64,000 nt of DNA from Octopus sinensis (lineage: Eukaryota): NCBI RefSeq assembly GCF_006345805.1, contig NC_043003.1, positions 94,426,001 through 94,490,000 of the forward strand, read 5' to 3'. Shown piece after piece: positions 14,470 through 27,212 of the stretch. The notes below the pieces were generated by a model. That model was not told the origin of the DNA and made no database searches. It saw only the letters and a list, made by a program, of their open reading frames with translations. Positions within the stretch are counted from its first letter, which is position 1; every line of letters starts with the position of its first letter. The position numbers and the translations under genes are program-made.

Positions 14470-15725
14470 GTAGATATCAGCAATAAATTTGAAACACAAC
14501 TTGTGATGCAATAAGAGAAGATCCCAGACGACATGAAGCAGTTGATGAAAAATGAAATACTTGAATCTGCCGAAATACGCTTACTAAAAAGAAAGAGAGT
14601 GAAAAGGCAACCATGGATATCCATAGCAACTATAGATCTTGTTGAGAAAGGAGGAAAGCAAGAACCTTCAGTTTCAACACGGAAAAAATAAAAATAGCCA
14701 ACAAATATTCGTTCGACCTTAGGGTCGATTCGTTCGAAAATGGGATCGATTCGTTTGACTAAAAGAATCTCCAAGGCAGTGCTCCAGCATGGCCGCAGTC
14801 TAATGACTGAAACAAGTAAACGATAAAACATAAAAGTTAAGCGAGAATGTCAGAAAAATAAAAACAATTACATAACCAATTTGTGCAAAAATCTAGATGA
14901 GCAAGCAAAACAGAATCACTCGTACGGTCTTTTCAGACAGTTGAAGAAACTCAAAAGAGAATATACTGCAAACATAGGTAGTGTAAACCACAAGAAGGAA
15001 TAGTCATAACACTGGCACAACAAGTAAAGCAAAGATGGTTAGAATACACAAAGAAATTGTATTGAAGTGATCCAAAGGTCGCCTTGGTTGACACAGATTT
15101 AGGATATGAAAAAGAACCTGAACCACTACGTGAGGTAGAAAGAGATAAGGAAAAATTATGAAAAACAAGAAAGCACCAGGTCTATTTACAGTATTTATTG
15201 AACGAATCAAGGGTGCAGGACAAAGTACCCGTATGAAAAGGTGAAGATCTGCTTATGTGCGATAATTATAGAACAATTGCTCTGATGTCACATGCAGGTA
15301 AAGTACTTTTGGTTATCATCCTGGAACTTTTGCAACCATTCCTTGAACATGAACTAGCTGAAGAACAGGCTGGCTCTAAACCAGATGTGGCACAAGAGAC
15401 CATCTGCACAATTTTAGAAAAACAACAAAAGCGTTCACAACCTTAACACTTTCCTTTGCTACATAGACTACAGAGAGCAGAAATGCCTTTGACTGTGGAA
15501 ACTATAGTCATATGTGGCGCATCATGTCTAATCTTGGCATTCCGAAACACGTCATTAGTCTCATCAAGCATGTTTACATTCAGCCTTGCATTGGAATAAA
15601 TGATGAGAATACAGAAAATTTTTTAAATGAGATTTGAGATCGTCAGGGCTGTACTCTTTCTCTGTGCTTATTCAACATATTTACTGAGTGGATAATGCGA
15701 GACGCAACGCAGAAAATAGATGGCT
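14470..15725 (+). mobile_element. RTE-clade LINE reverse transcriptase relic, interrupted by a SINE
   Basis: MCDNYRTIALMSHAGKVLLVIILELLQPFLEHELAEEQAG, then a KAFD-like motif and RQGCTLS.CLFNIF. SINE A is inserted at ~14690-14830. Confidence 0.85.
14690..14830 (+). mobile_element. SINE family A, 3' fragment inside the RTE relic
   Basis: gcagtgctccagcatggccgcagtctaatgactgaaacaagtaaa. Confidence 0.8.
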
Positions 15726-16085
15726 AGATGGCTACAAGGCACAAGGCTTGCATATTTCTAATCTAAGGTATAAGGTAGTCAAATAACGAGACATTAAGAA
15801 AGTTCGAAAAAATAAAGCAAATATTATAATAAAGGTGTAAAATATTATAAATTGATTTAAAGTAAACACCAAGGAACCTAAAAGTTTGTCAGAAGGATTA
15901 GTAAAGATATTAAGACAAAATAGGAAAAAAGAGAAATAATATCCCTCCAATAGTAGAATAGTTAAAATTATTTAATGACTATATGGAGAATATTACCTGA
16001 AGGCTTATATATGCCTACCTTTTATTTAAGTGAATTAGTCTTAAGTATAGGGAAATATTAAAAAGAATTTCTGCATATATATATA

Positions 16086-16119
<34 letters not shown>

Positions 16120-16227
16120 ATTTATTTATTTCTATGTTTTGGTTTATGTTTTTCACTGTTTGATTTGCCTAATAGTGGTTTTCTCTAATTTAATATATAT
16201 ATGTATATATATATATATGTATGTATA

Positions 16228-16367
<140 letters not shown>

Positions 16368-16599
16368 GATAGATAGATATGCGAACATTTTATCGTTAAT
16401 TCATCTCCACAGTATAATACATTAGATTTGGATGTAAAGGTGCCGAATATTTCTTCGAAACAAAAGTTGAATATAAGTTACCACCTGTATACGGTAAAAC
16501 TCTACTTCTAATTGATCGTTTTATGTCGTACTTAGTGTTCCTGCCTTTTAATCTCCAAATATATTTACTTAAAGAAGTACAGTTTATCTTAAAGAAGTA

Positions 16600-16890
16600 C
16601 CGTAACGCAGAAACCTATGTGACGTAAACACACCACCATCGGTTGTCAAGCAATGTTGGGGGGACAAACACAGATACACAAACATACACACACACACATA
16701 CACACATATATATATACATATATACGACGGGCTTCTTTCAGTTTCCGTCTTCCAAATCCACTCACAAGGCTTTGGTCGGCCCGAGGCTATAGTAGAAGAC
16801 ACTTGCCCAAGGTGCCACGCAGTGGGTCTGAACCCGGAACCATGTGGTTGGCAAACAAGCTACTTACCACACAGCCACTCCTGCGCCTAT
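16600..16890 (-). mobile_element. SINE family A
   Basis: High similarity to 29850-30072, including the tRNA-like head on the minus strand. Confidence 0.85.
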
Positions 16891-16944
16891 ATATATATGA
16901 TATATACATATATGTGTGTATTCTTTTATTTTTTATTCCTTCAC

Positions 16945-17140
16945 TTATTTCAGTCATTTGACTGCAGCCATGCTGGAGCACTGCCTTTAGTCGAGCAAAC
17001 CAACTCCAGGACTTATTCTTTGTAAGCCTAGTACTTATTCTATCGGTCTCTTTTGCCGAACCGCTAAGTTACAGGGACGTAAACGCACCAGCATCGGTCG
17101 TCAAATGATGTTGGCGGGGACAAACATAGACGCACAAACA
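16945..17140 (-). mobile_element. SINE family A, 3' half
   Basis: ttcagtcatttgactgcagccatgctggagcactgcctttagtcgagc... Confidence 0.85.
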
Positions 17141-17164
17141 TATACACACGCCTTTATCTGTATG

Positions 17165-17375
17165 TTTGGCTCCACCACAACTTGATAACTGGTGCTGGTT
17201 TGTTTACGCCCCCATGACTTAGCAGGTCTACAAAAAGTGACCGATAGGAGAAGTACCAGGTTTTAGAATAAATACTAGATGTCGATTTGTTCGACCAAAC
17301 CTTCAAAGTTTTGCTCCAACATTGCCGAGGTCCAATGACTGAAAGAAGTAAACAATAAAAGATAAAATGTGAACG
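17165..17375 (+). mobile_element. SINE family A, 3' half, diverged and in the opposite orientation
   Basis: Reverse-complement similarity to 16945-17140. Confidence 0.7.
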
Positions 17376-17404
17376 AGGTGTGCGCTTATATGTACACATA
17401 CAAG

Positions 17405-17633
17405 GGCGGCGAGCTGGCAGAAACGTTAGCACGCCGGATGAAATGCGTAGCCGTATTTCGTCTGCCGTTACGTTCGTAGTTCAAATTCCGCGGAGGTCTA
17501 CTTTGCTTTTTATCCTTTCGGGGTCGATAAATTAAGCACCAGTTTCGCACTTGGGTCGATGTAATCGACTTAATACCTTTGTCTGTCCTTATTTGTTCCC
17601 TTTATGTTTAGCCCCTTGTGGGTAATAAAGAAA
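17405..17633 (+). mobile_element. SINE family B, full length
   Basis: ggcggcgagctggcagaaacgttagcacgccgg...gttcaaattccgcggaggtc...cctttcggggtcgataaattaagcaccag...aaagaaat. Confidence 0.9.
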
Positions 17634-18203
17634 TATATATATGTACACATGCATACAATAGATGCTTACATAGGTATTGATTATAAGACAGACGATTAAT
17701 CAGCTATATGTATAAATATTACTGAAACGGACGTTTATTCATCTGCCATTGTTGTCAAGCTTCCTATCTATCACCGATATTTAATTCTGTATATTGCTGT
17801 ATATTCTTCTATGTCATCAGTAACTGTTCAACGGTCTGTCTTTACAATGACCGAAAATCGTAAAGTTAATTTTCAAATTAATCATTTGGTCTCACCAAGA
17901 AATACATAACACTAAATTGGTAAGTTATAAATTTTAATTCAAACCTTAAAATACAGCTATCGTAATTAATGTCGTCTAATGTTGTATTTATTACCCACGA
18001 ATCCATTACGCTTAAATGTTCAAGGCGTTTGTTGTAATGTTTCCTCTAAGTTTAATGTACACATGGGTATGTGTGTATATGCGTATATCTTTGTGCATAT
18101 CGGTGTTTGTGATTTGGCCTAATTGTATATAACTATGTTTATCTATATAAAGTTTAATGCTTTTATGTGCATACGCATACAGACAAGTGTATACACATAT
18201 ACT

Positions 18204-18234
<31 letters not shown>

Positions 18235-18244
18235 ATATATATAT

Positions 18245-18289
<45 letters not shown>

Positions 18290-19106
18290 CAACCAACCTT
18301 CGCACTGGTCAAAAGGAATAAACATCCCTCTAGTAAACATCCATTAATATTATATCACATGGAGAACTGAGTCCATGAAGATGATATACCCGACATACAC
18401 GGATACTGCGGACTACACTAATCACCTCAGAAATACGGACTGTGATCTTAAGAGACATGTGATTTGTGGAAACGAGCGATGAATTAAATGTTTATAAATT
18501 CCATACAAGGATTATTTTTATTATTAATATTAATATACATGTGTGTGTGTATCATTCCCACATCCCCACACCACCTCATTCTCCACTACATCCACACACC
18601 AACCCACAACATCAGCACATTCACACACCATCATCCAGACACACACACGCGCGCACATATCCACACGTCAAAGATACTAGCCCATTTCCACACACACGCA
18701 TATACACATTCTCACATGTACACACTCACGCGCACTTTCGTTTGGGGATCACCACTAATTTATTATCTTCCCTTGATTCGACCTCTCCTGTCAAACCTAT
18801 TTTTTCCCAACCAGTCGCCATGCTTGAACGCTAGATCTACAAGTGTTTTTTTTTTTATTCTCTCTCTATTTATTTTTTCTTATTCCTTTCTGTTCAAGAG
18901 CGTTGGATCGAAACATAAAAGACTTTCTCACTTTCCCGAGCGTCAAACTATAACACCTGCTTGTTGTTTATACACCTGTCTTCGTCTTTTATTTTTCTTT
19001 AAACTTCAACTATATATATATGTGTGTGTGTGTGTGTATAAACATATATATACATACATACATACATACATACATACATACATACATACATACAAACATA
19101 CATACA

Positions 19107-20354
19107 CACGTGGGTTATTCATTAAAGACTTCCCCTGATCCACCCACCAAAGTCAGAGATATACGAAACTTGGCATAATTATCAGTAGCCCCCATCAACA
19201 GTGACACACTTCACCCATCGCTTTATGCAGCTGTGAAGACCTCATCTGTAGAAGTTCGTAGGTTGCGTCTGGAGCCAAGACTTTACCTCGGAAATAAGCT
19301 AATCGTCATCCGAATAGTACTTCCCTTTCAAAAAAGATTTCATGGTTAGAAAGAGGTAGAAGTCAGAAGGTGCGAGGTTGGGAAGAGTAAGTGTGGCGAG
19401 GAAGGATTTCATAACCGTAGGAGTGTGCTTTCATCTGAGCAACATGCGCATTGTGAACTGGAGCATCATTTTGGAGGAGGCGGACTCTGTTGGTCAGCAT
19501 GCTACGCCTCTCTGCTTTGATAGCGTCCTGCAGTTTCTACAGCACAGAAGCATAATATTAATTGTGGTGCCCTTTGCCAAAAATCCATCATCACTACTCT
19601 ACGCTGGTCCCAAAAGACTCTGAGCATCACCTTGCCTGGTAAAGATTGGATACAAGCCTTCTTTGGAAGTGATGAGTTATCATGCTTTCATTGCTTTGAC
19701 TGGACTTTAGTCTCAGAGTCATAATGATGGTTCCATATTTCGTCCTGTGGGATAAGTCTACCGAAAAAGTCCTCCTTGCTTTCTTGGCACGTTGGCAAAA
19801 GAGCCTGGGAACAATCGACTCGTTCCTGCTTCTGAAAATGTGTGAGCATCCGGGGAATCCATCGTGCAGACAACTTCCGCATTTGCAAATGGTCGTGAAT
19901 GATGTTTTCCACGGACCCTACACTTATCTTCACTTCTTGGGCTAGTGTCCGAATAGTTATGCTGCGATCCTCCAAAATCTCGGCTCCTATTTTATGGATA
20001 TTGTTGTCATCATTAGTGGAATGTGGTCGTCCAGGAATAGGATCAGTTTCCACCGATGTCCGACCACAATTGAACTGATAATGCCTGTGCTTGTCTATAT
20101 TGCATGATAGTGCATCATCACTGTAAACTTCTTTCATCTCATCGAAAACCTCTTTTGGTGTACGACCTTTCAGGTATTAGAACCTAATTCCTGATCTGCA
20201 TTCAACTGCCTCCATTATAACACCTTAGTCCACTTCAGCAACGGTGAAAGACAGACGAATGCTAGTGGAAAGCTGCAATTATATCTGTACAAGTTCCGTT
20301 TCCTGCAATAACCAGAAGTGGGTCAGGGAAATTTTTAATGAACACCCCCTCGTG
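19107..20354 (-). mobile_element. Mariner transposon (irritans/Himar1-like), full length but decayed
   Basis: Imperfect TIRs (CACG.GGG.T.TTCATTAAA.A.TT.CCCTGA.CCAC). ORF 19688-20137 contains GRTSVETDPIPGRP...LSARWIPRMLT...QDEIW.HHYDSETKVQSKQ, and a HQDNA-like/PPYSPDLAP-type region follows. Confidence 0.9.
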
Positions 20355-20559
20355 TGTGTGTATATGTCTGTGTGTATGCGCGCGTGTGTATGTATACATA
20401 TGTATGTATATATGTTTTGTGCGTTTATGTTTTACGTGGATTATGGGTGTTATTTTAATACATGTGTATGAGTGCCAGATTAAATATTTGAATCTTTCTT
20501 ACGGGAAGGGAACCAATAGTAATAAGAATAAGTGTCAATTTACAAAATATAATTGATGG

Positions 20560-21040
20560 AGAAGTTGCAGCTTTAGAAGAACTTCTCCGCAAAGATTCCC
20601 ATTCTCGCTGATTTTGACAGAAATATTCTAACCCTCAGAATTTATAACATGTTTCTTCTTTCATGTCTCAAAAATGTATATCAAATTTGTTTGCAGTAGA
20701 CAGAAGTTTTGACGGAAATGGTTCACAAATATTCCTTGTATTGACACGTCCGTGTATATATTGAATAAAAGATGTCTTCTCTGTATTTATCTCTGGGCTG
20801 TCTTCCTACGAATTGCATTGTCAATTGGTTTAGCAATGATACATCATATTACAAGTTTTGTGCAGCTTCGGATCAAATGTATCATATCTTCCACAGAAAT
20901 GTGACATAAATGACATTTCTGATCGCGTCTTGGAAGTTTTAAAAGCTTCGCTGTTTCTATTGTTCTTGATCGGTAAATGCATGACCTTTGATATATAGCA
21001 TGATGTAAAGAACCCCATTTCAAGACGGCCTTCAGTTCAT
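20560..21040 (-). mobile_element. R4/Dong-like (restriction-like endonuclease) LINE relic
   Basis: The minus strand reads DQEQ...AKLLKLPRRDQKCHLCHISVEDMIHLIRSCTKL. This is the CCHC knuckle that precedes the RLE domain in R2/R4-type elements. Confidence 0.55.
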
Positions 21041-21327
21041 ATTAAGGTTGGCATATGTGCGATTGTGCACACTCACACACACACACACACACATAGACAC
21101 ACACATATACGTATATTTCGCTTAAGCATTGTGAAATTAATAAACTGGTGTAGGACTCTATATACGTACGTTTCAGAACAATGTATTAGATAAGTATAGG
21201 CACTTAACTACGAGTCCACTGCATCTTATAGCAGAAACAGGTGTAACCTAATGAAGTTCATAACACAATCATTATTTTTCTTGTGTCATCTCTCTTTCTC
21301 TATATATATATATATATACACACACAT

Positions 21328-21415
<88 letters not shown>

Positions 21416-21769
21416 TTCAACAATTGAGGGCAAAATTAATTAATTATTAATCAATTTCACCAAGTGTTCAGTATGCAAAGGGACCATTCAAGGCGAATTC
21501 AAATTATTACATTATATAAAAGGGCTTAGTAAAATAAATTACTTTGCCGCATACTGAACTCATTAGAAATAGCAGCTAAAAAACTTTTTTAAAGCTATTT
21601 CTAATACTTAAAGAAAATCCCTCTCATATATAGCGTTTGCTTAATTCAACTCACAAAAGTTTGGGGGTAAGGACATCGAAAAATCAAATGCTAAGGTTAT
21701 TTGAGAACGTACGTTTCAAGATTAGTCAAAAACAACACTTCTATCATCAGCTCAGAAATTCCTTGGTTT

Positions 21770-21925
21770 GGATTTGGAAAGACTGAAAATAAGAACATAC
21801 CCTTTCGAAGATCTGCTCGTAACTAACAGTGCCAACAAATTCAAATAAGCAAGCGAAGAATCTCTGTTCTCCCCTTTCCACCAGCGTGGGTTAAAATCAT
21901 CAAACACTATGCTTATTTCGGTAAA
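21770..21925 (-). mobile_element. Probable L2/CR1-type APE endonuclease relic
   Basis: ISIVFDDFNPRWWKG...YVLIFS resembles the GDFN...WW and IDLIF motifs of LINE endonucleases. Confidence 0.35.
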
Positions 21926-22049
21926 ATCCGAAGCATTATATATATATATATATTGCATCATCCCATAAAATAATGCAGTTTCTGGTTTTTAAATTTATTT
22001 TATTTTTCAAAATTAAGATAAACAAAGTTCTTTTTAAATCTAAAATACA

Positions 22050-22330
22050 CTCTCCTTCATTTTCTACAATACAGTACTGTTCTGACCTTGTCTACAGAAT
22101 TCATATTTTTTCCGTCCAAATGATTATGAAGACTGCGGAATAAATTATAATCAGATGGGGCAATGTCCGGCGAATATGGTGGGAGGGGCATCGCTTCCCA
22201 TTCAAACTGCTCCAGCCTTTGGAATGTCATTCTCGCTGTTTATGACCGAGCATTGTCCTTCCTTATTGAAACCAAACTGGTCGTTTTCCTTCTAGCGCTG
22301 ACTTAAACCGCTCAAGCTGCTCGGAGTAGG
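22050..22330 (-). mobile_element. Mariner transposase C-terminal fragment
   Basis: The minus strand encodes a PSHHIRRTLPH / PYSPDIAPSDY-type motif (gatggggcaatgtccggcgaatatggtgg). Confidence 0.75.
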
Positions 22331-23362
22331 TCTCCTTTGTTATCGTTTGGTTTGATTTTAAAAGTTCAAATCTTTCATATCCCACCAAACAAATAACAAC
22401 ACCTTATGTGGGTGAAGACCTTCTTTAGCCTGGGGTGTTTCTCCTTTCCCTACCCACTGTCTTCGGTGCTTGACATTTTCATAGAGAACCTATTTCTCAT
22501 TACCAGTCACTATCCGGTCCAAAATAGTTTCATTCGTGACAGCAAAGAGCACACATTCACTCTCTGCGCGCGATTAGACTAAGCTCACACTCACGAATAG
22601 CACCCACATACAACCCCCTATGATCATTAACACATACCCCTCTATATCTCTTATTTTTAAACCTTAACATAATAAATCTAATATAAATCCCCTAATACCC
22701 AACTCTAATTCCAACTCATAAATAATTTAGCATTCAACTAGCTCTTCAATCCTCGACTACCTACATACCCATAACCTCATTGCTAAAAATAACACTACAG
22801 TCACTGACCTTAGCCAGAAGGGGTACAAGCAATTACTACTAGATTTCCTCTCCAATACCTATAGACTTTAAGACTACCACAGACACCTACTACTCTCTCT
22901 AAATTCCTTTCATTTTGCTCTATATTTTTACCCTATCTTCCTCTACTTTCTCATCCTCTCTCTTACCATACACCTATACACCTTACTTTATCCTATAATC
23001 AATCCTTAAATTCCACTCCACCTCACTATATCTACCTTTCTTTCTATTTATTTTATTTTCTTTCCTTTTACAACTTAATAGCTACCATTCTGCTATTGAA
23101 CGTTGATATGATCGCGTCTTTTTTCTCTGGATGTCTACTGAATCTGGATTTTAACCCACATGGATCTACTCAGGATTGCACCTTCGGACTTACGCTCATG
23201 GACCTACGCACCGGAGGACTTATGCTCTTGTTCATATAACGTCGGAAATTTGAACTATGAACTTTTATGCTTCTTTTTACTTTCTTTCTATCTCCTTATT
23301 CTTTTACTTCCCTCCTCTATGTCGTCATCTCACTAATATAGGCTATTCTCATTTTCCCTATT

Positions 23363-23420
23363 AGTCTCTGATGACTGTATATCCCATACTCGGGTATATC
23401 CCAGAAACAGCTGTAAGACT
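23363..23420 (+). ncRNA. Minimal type-I hammerhead ribozyme motif
   Basis: Stem I AGTCT/AGACT, core CTGATGA, stem II hairpin, GAAAC, palindromic stem III ACAGCTGT, cleavage triplet GUA. Confidence 0.7.
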
Positions 23421-23627
23421 GAATTTTTTCCAATAATAATATTGTATACGACTTGTGATATTTGCCTTAATGTCTGTTGTCTTCTTTAATAATTATATTT
23501 CAATTATCATTCGTAGATTGAATTATTGCGTAAAGAAGAAATTAGTATTTGCACACAACTATTTTGTTAAAATTGAGTATACGATAAGTTAAATTAATTT
23601 TTAATATTACTTAATTTCAATGAACAA

Positions 23628-24462
23628 AACAAATTTCGGGGCTAATGCAGTTTCGCACCTCTCCTTGAATAATGCATTTAAAAAGAAAAAAAATCAGATT
23701 CCTACGTTTTAGATGTCGGAGATTACGAATATGCAAAAAAGAATTTTTTTTTTATTTCACCCCAGCCCATTTAAAATGTTTTATGTTGATTACTTTAAAG
23801 AGAAAGTGAATTGACGAATATATGCAAATTAAAATTAAATACAGACAAAAACATTAAAGTGAAAAGAATTTTCGTTTTACTTGTGTTTGCCTTAAATAAT
23901 CATAAATAATATAATGTAAATTAAATACACACCATTTTATGAGAAACAAACATTAATATTTAATAATTAATGTTATAAAGTTTAATCAGAGGCTCAAACT
24001 TCACCCCTCCCTAATTTTAAATTTTGAAATTTTTCATCCATTTATTTATTTGTCTCTCGATTTATTCCTATCCGTTTATTCATTAAAATATATTTGCCAA
24101 CTAAATGTGGCGGTCCTATAGAAGACGGTGCTACTGTTGTTTTTAGCCACAGGAAGACTTTCATATCTATCTACTTATCTCTTTATACACCTATCTATAT
24201 GCTTATTAAATTTAAGTTTCAAAACGTGATTTCTTGTCTATCAGGAATTTCCGTCATCTAAAGTATAGCGGAAAAAAATTTCAAAAAAGTTCAAAATTTT
24301 AAATGGGAGGAGACAGTGGTGTTGTGGGCGGAAGGTAAATTTTGTTTTGCATATTCGTAATCTCCGACATCAAAAACGTAGGGATCGGAAGAAAAAAAAC
24401 TTTTCGAAAATATGCATTTTTCAAGGAGAGGTGCGAAACTGCACTTGTCCCCAAATTTCGTG
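23628..24462. mobile_element. Non-autonomous DNA element or foldback with ~110-bp inverted repeats
   Basis: gcagtttcgcacctctccttgaa...gatgtcggagattacgaatatgcaaaa at 23645-23738 is the reverse complement of 24345-24445. Confidence 0.65.
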
Positions 24463-25402
24463 TGATGAAAGGATACCACAGAATGTACAACATATAGTGA
24501 CTCCAATATTTTTTGAGCAACAATGATAGTCCCATACTTTTTAAGGTTTATAATGACATTCTGTAACCCTTTTGAGCGTGTGCATTTTTCAATTCTAGTT
24601 TCGTGCTTTTTAAGACAATGTTTGTAATATTTTATATATATACCGTATTTCTCCAAACGGTGTGGCAGCTAATGGGTGTACGTCTGCGTGTGTCTCTCTC
24701 GGTCTGTGTATCCGCTTGTTCTTGTGTGCGCATGCGTGTGTGCATGCTTTTTCTTGTGTGTGTGAGTATGTGTGTGTGCGTGTGTGTGTACGTGCGAGCG
24801 TGTTCTTGTATAGTCACATAGATTTAGCTTTAAAATTAATAGAACTCAATGACATTTATATTTCTTTCTTTTGCATTTCCTTTAATTAATAGTAAGCGTT
24901 AATTCACATTTCTTCCTTTTCTCCATGTATGTTGCAATATTTCGGCTGTTTGATGCTTGTTGCAATATTTTGGCTCTTTGGTGAACAATTATAACTAATA
25001 CAGCTTTTTCGTTTTCTTCTTGGAAATTTACGGATTTTTACATACGCAAATGAAGCAGGTAACAACAAATATGCAAGGTTTTTCTCAAGTTTAAAATGCG
25101 CCATTGTTTTTGTTATTTCTACATTCCACACGCATAAAAGCAGAACACGCTCACACACACACATACACCCAGTAGCCTCCTCCACGCACATAAATACATA
25201 AAAATAGACACACACACACAAGTACAAGCACGTCCCCACACACGCACACACAGACGTTCGCCTATTAGCTTCCTCTTCCACTTCGACATATCAACCAGAA
25301 GCATGCACAGAGACAGCTCCATGCAAAATTATCGCTCATTGATTGATGATGATTGAAAATTAACCAATAAAACGCAATCACCACGCAAACGGCCACAATC
25401 CT

Positions 25403-25625
25403 TTACCACCTGCTACGATCAATAGCTATGCCTTCCCATGTGTCAGGAGAGATGCAAGCATCTCTTAAGGAAGCCTTCAGCAAGTCCTTATACCTCTTTT
25501 TTGGTTTATGTGGAGGTCGTTCTCCTTTAGCTAACTCTCCATAAAAGAGTTGTTTTGACATCCTTGAATCCTTCATCCTGACAAGATGCCCCTCCATCTG
25601 ACCAACCAAGGCATATATTGTCAGA
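25403..25625 (-). mobile_element. RTE LINE 3' fragment
   Basis: GHLVRMKDSRMSKQLFYGELAKGERPPHKPKKRYKDLLKASL; near-identical to 27795-27970. Confidence 0.9.
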
Positions 25626-27212
25626 CACGTAATAGACTCACTATAGCATTCTGTTGTCGATCACTGCGTCCCTGACAGATATATATATATATTACATGGA
25701 AAAATGCGACCAAGAGAAATAATATTCTTAAGATTAGAAACCTGGAAAATTGCAGGACAAGTTATTACATCTGTTTACTTTAAAATGTTTACTTAAAATA
25801 TTGCAGCTGTGGATAAAGTTTCAAATAAAATATTTAGACTTAGAAAATATTAGCTTAAATATTTTATTACAATTTATTACTTCTATTTGTTATTACTTGT
25901 TACTTCTATTAAATATGAAAAATAACTCAAAATATTTTTTGCACTTTAAAAAGATTCATTCTTTTAATTATTAATTAATGATCTGAAATTTGAAAATAGG
26001 TTATGAAAAATAACAGTGGCACATAGTACAATAAATAGAATAATACAAAAATTAGTTATATATTCTACTGTAAAATCTATCTATAACAACAAATTCTCAG
26101 TAAAATTTGCTTGAGTTATTGCCTAAGTTATTGCCAAGTCTTCACATTTTCAGTCTTGAGCCAATGCCTATTTTTTACATAATGAATTTGTCTACCATAT
26201 ATACTATTCCACTTTGCATAAAACTTTAGCTATATTGGTACTTTTTACTCTCATTTTTTAAGTATTGTCGTGTGTAAATATTTTAACAAAATGATGGTAC
26301 CTTTTTTAATTATACTGTTACTTTGTAAATTAAAATCAAATAATCTTTAATATTCAAATGTTATCCTTAGTTACAATATTTTAAGTAAAAATTTTCTTGT
26401 TTTGTACTTTACCAGATGTAATGCGTTGTCCTGTATTTTTCCAAGTGTAATAACTTGTCCTGTAATTTTCTTAAGAATATTATTTCTCTTGGTCGCATTT
26501 TACCATTTAATCCATGTTTTTTCCAAGCTATGCTATTATGCTAATTAATAATGTGTCAAGTGTGTCAATTAGCGGGATCGTTGATAGTTTTTTCCTTGCA
26601 TCAATGACGCCGATGACATATATTAAACGCCCCTTATAGAACTTACCCTCGAATTTGAGAAACAAGCACTCATAACTTTTTCTTTTAAATCTTCATTGCA
26701 TGTGATTGATAGCATGAAATTCCTCGAATTGAACTCTATCATTTAAGCTTAATTAAAATATAGTTTGCTTTGAAAATAAAAAAAGTTAATCATATTTAAA
26801 TCTAAATTTTTGCCTTATATTGTTTTCATGATATTTTATCCCACAACTTTTTTGATACAAATTTTTGTTGCATGGGACCAAAACTATAAAATTCTTCATG
26901 CTTTCTTCTATCATTGAAGTTAAGAGGAATATATTTTATTTTTTAAAAGGAGAAGCTATTTAGATCGAAACTTGATTGGTGGAGTTACTTACTCTTCTTT
27001 AACATTGCTACAAATTTTTATGTACACTTTTTTCTACAGGATCAAATCTCATTTTTTATGCCAAAATGTAACTATGGACATCTCCTCTTCAAAAATGTTA
27101 ACAGTTTTCAATTTGGATAAAAACTGAATTAGCGACAAACTCTGAAAGATGCTACGTGTGAGTAAATTGCGGCCTAAAAAATAATATTCAACTACTACCA
27201 TAGTTAAATGAT

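Noticed and set aside
17405-17500. tRNA-like sequences with A and B boxes
   Set aside because: They are SINE heads that continue into SINE bodies, with no complete cloverleaf or acceptor stem.
21752-21961. 69-aa ORF with a good splice donor
   Set aside because: Better explained as a LINE endonuclease relic (DFN...WW motif).
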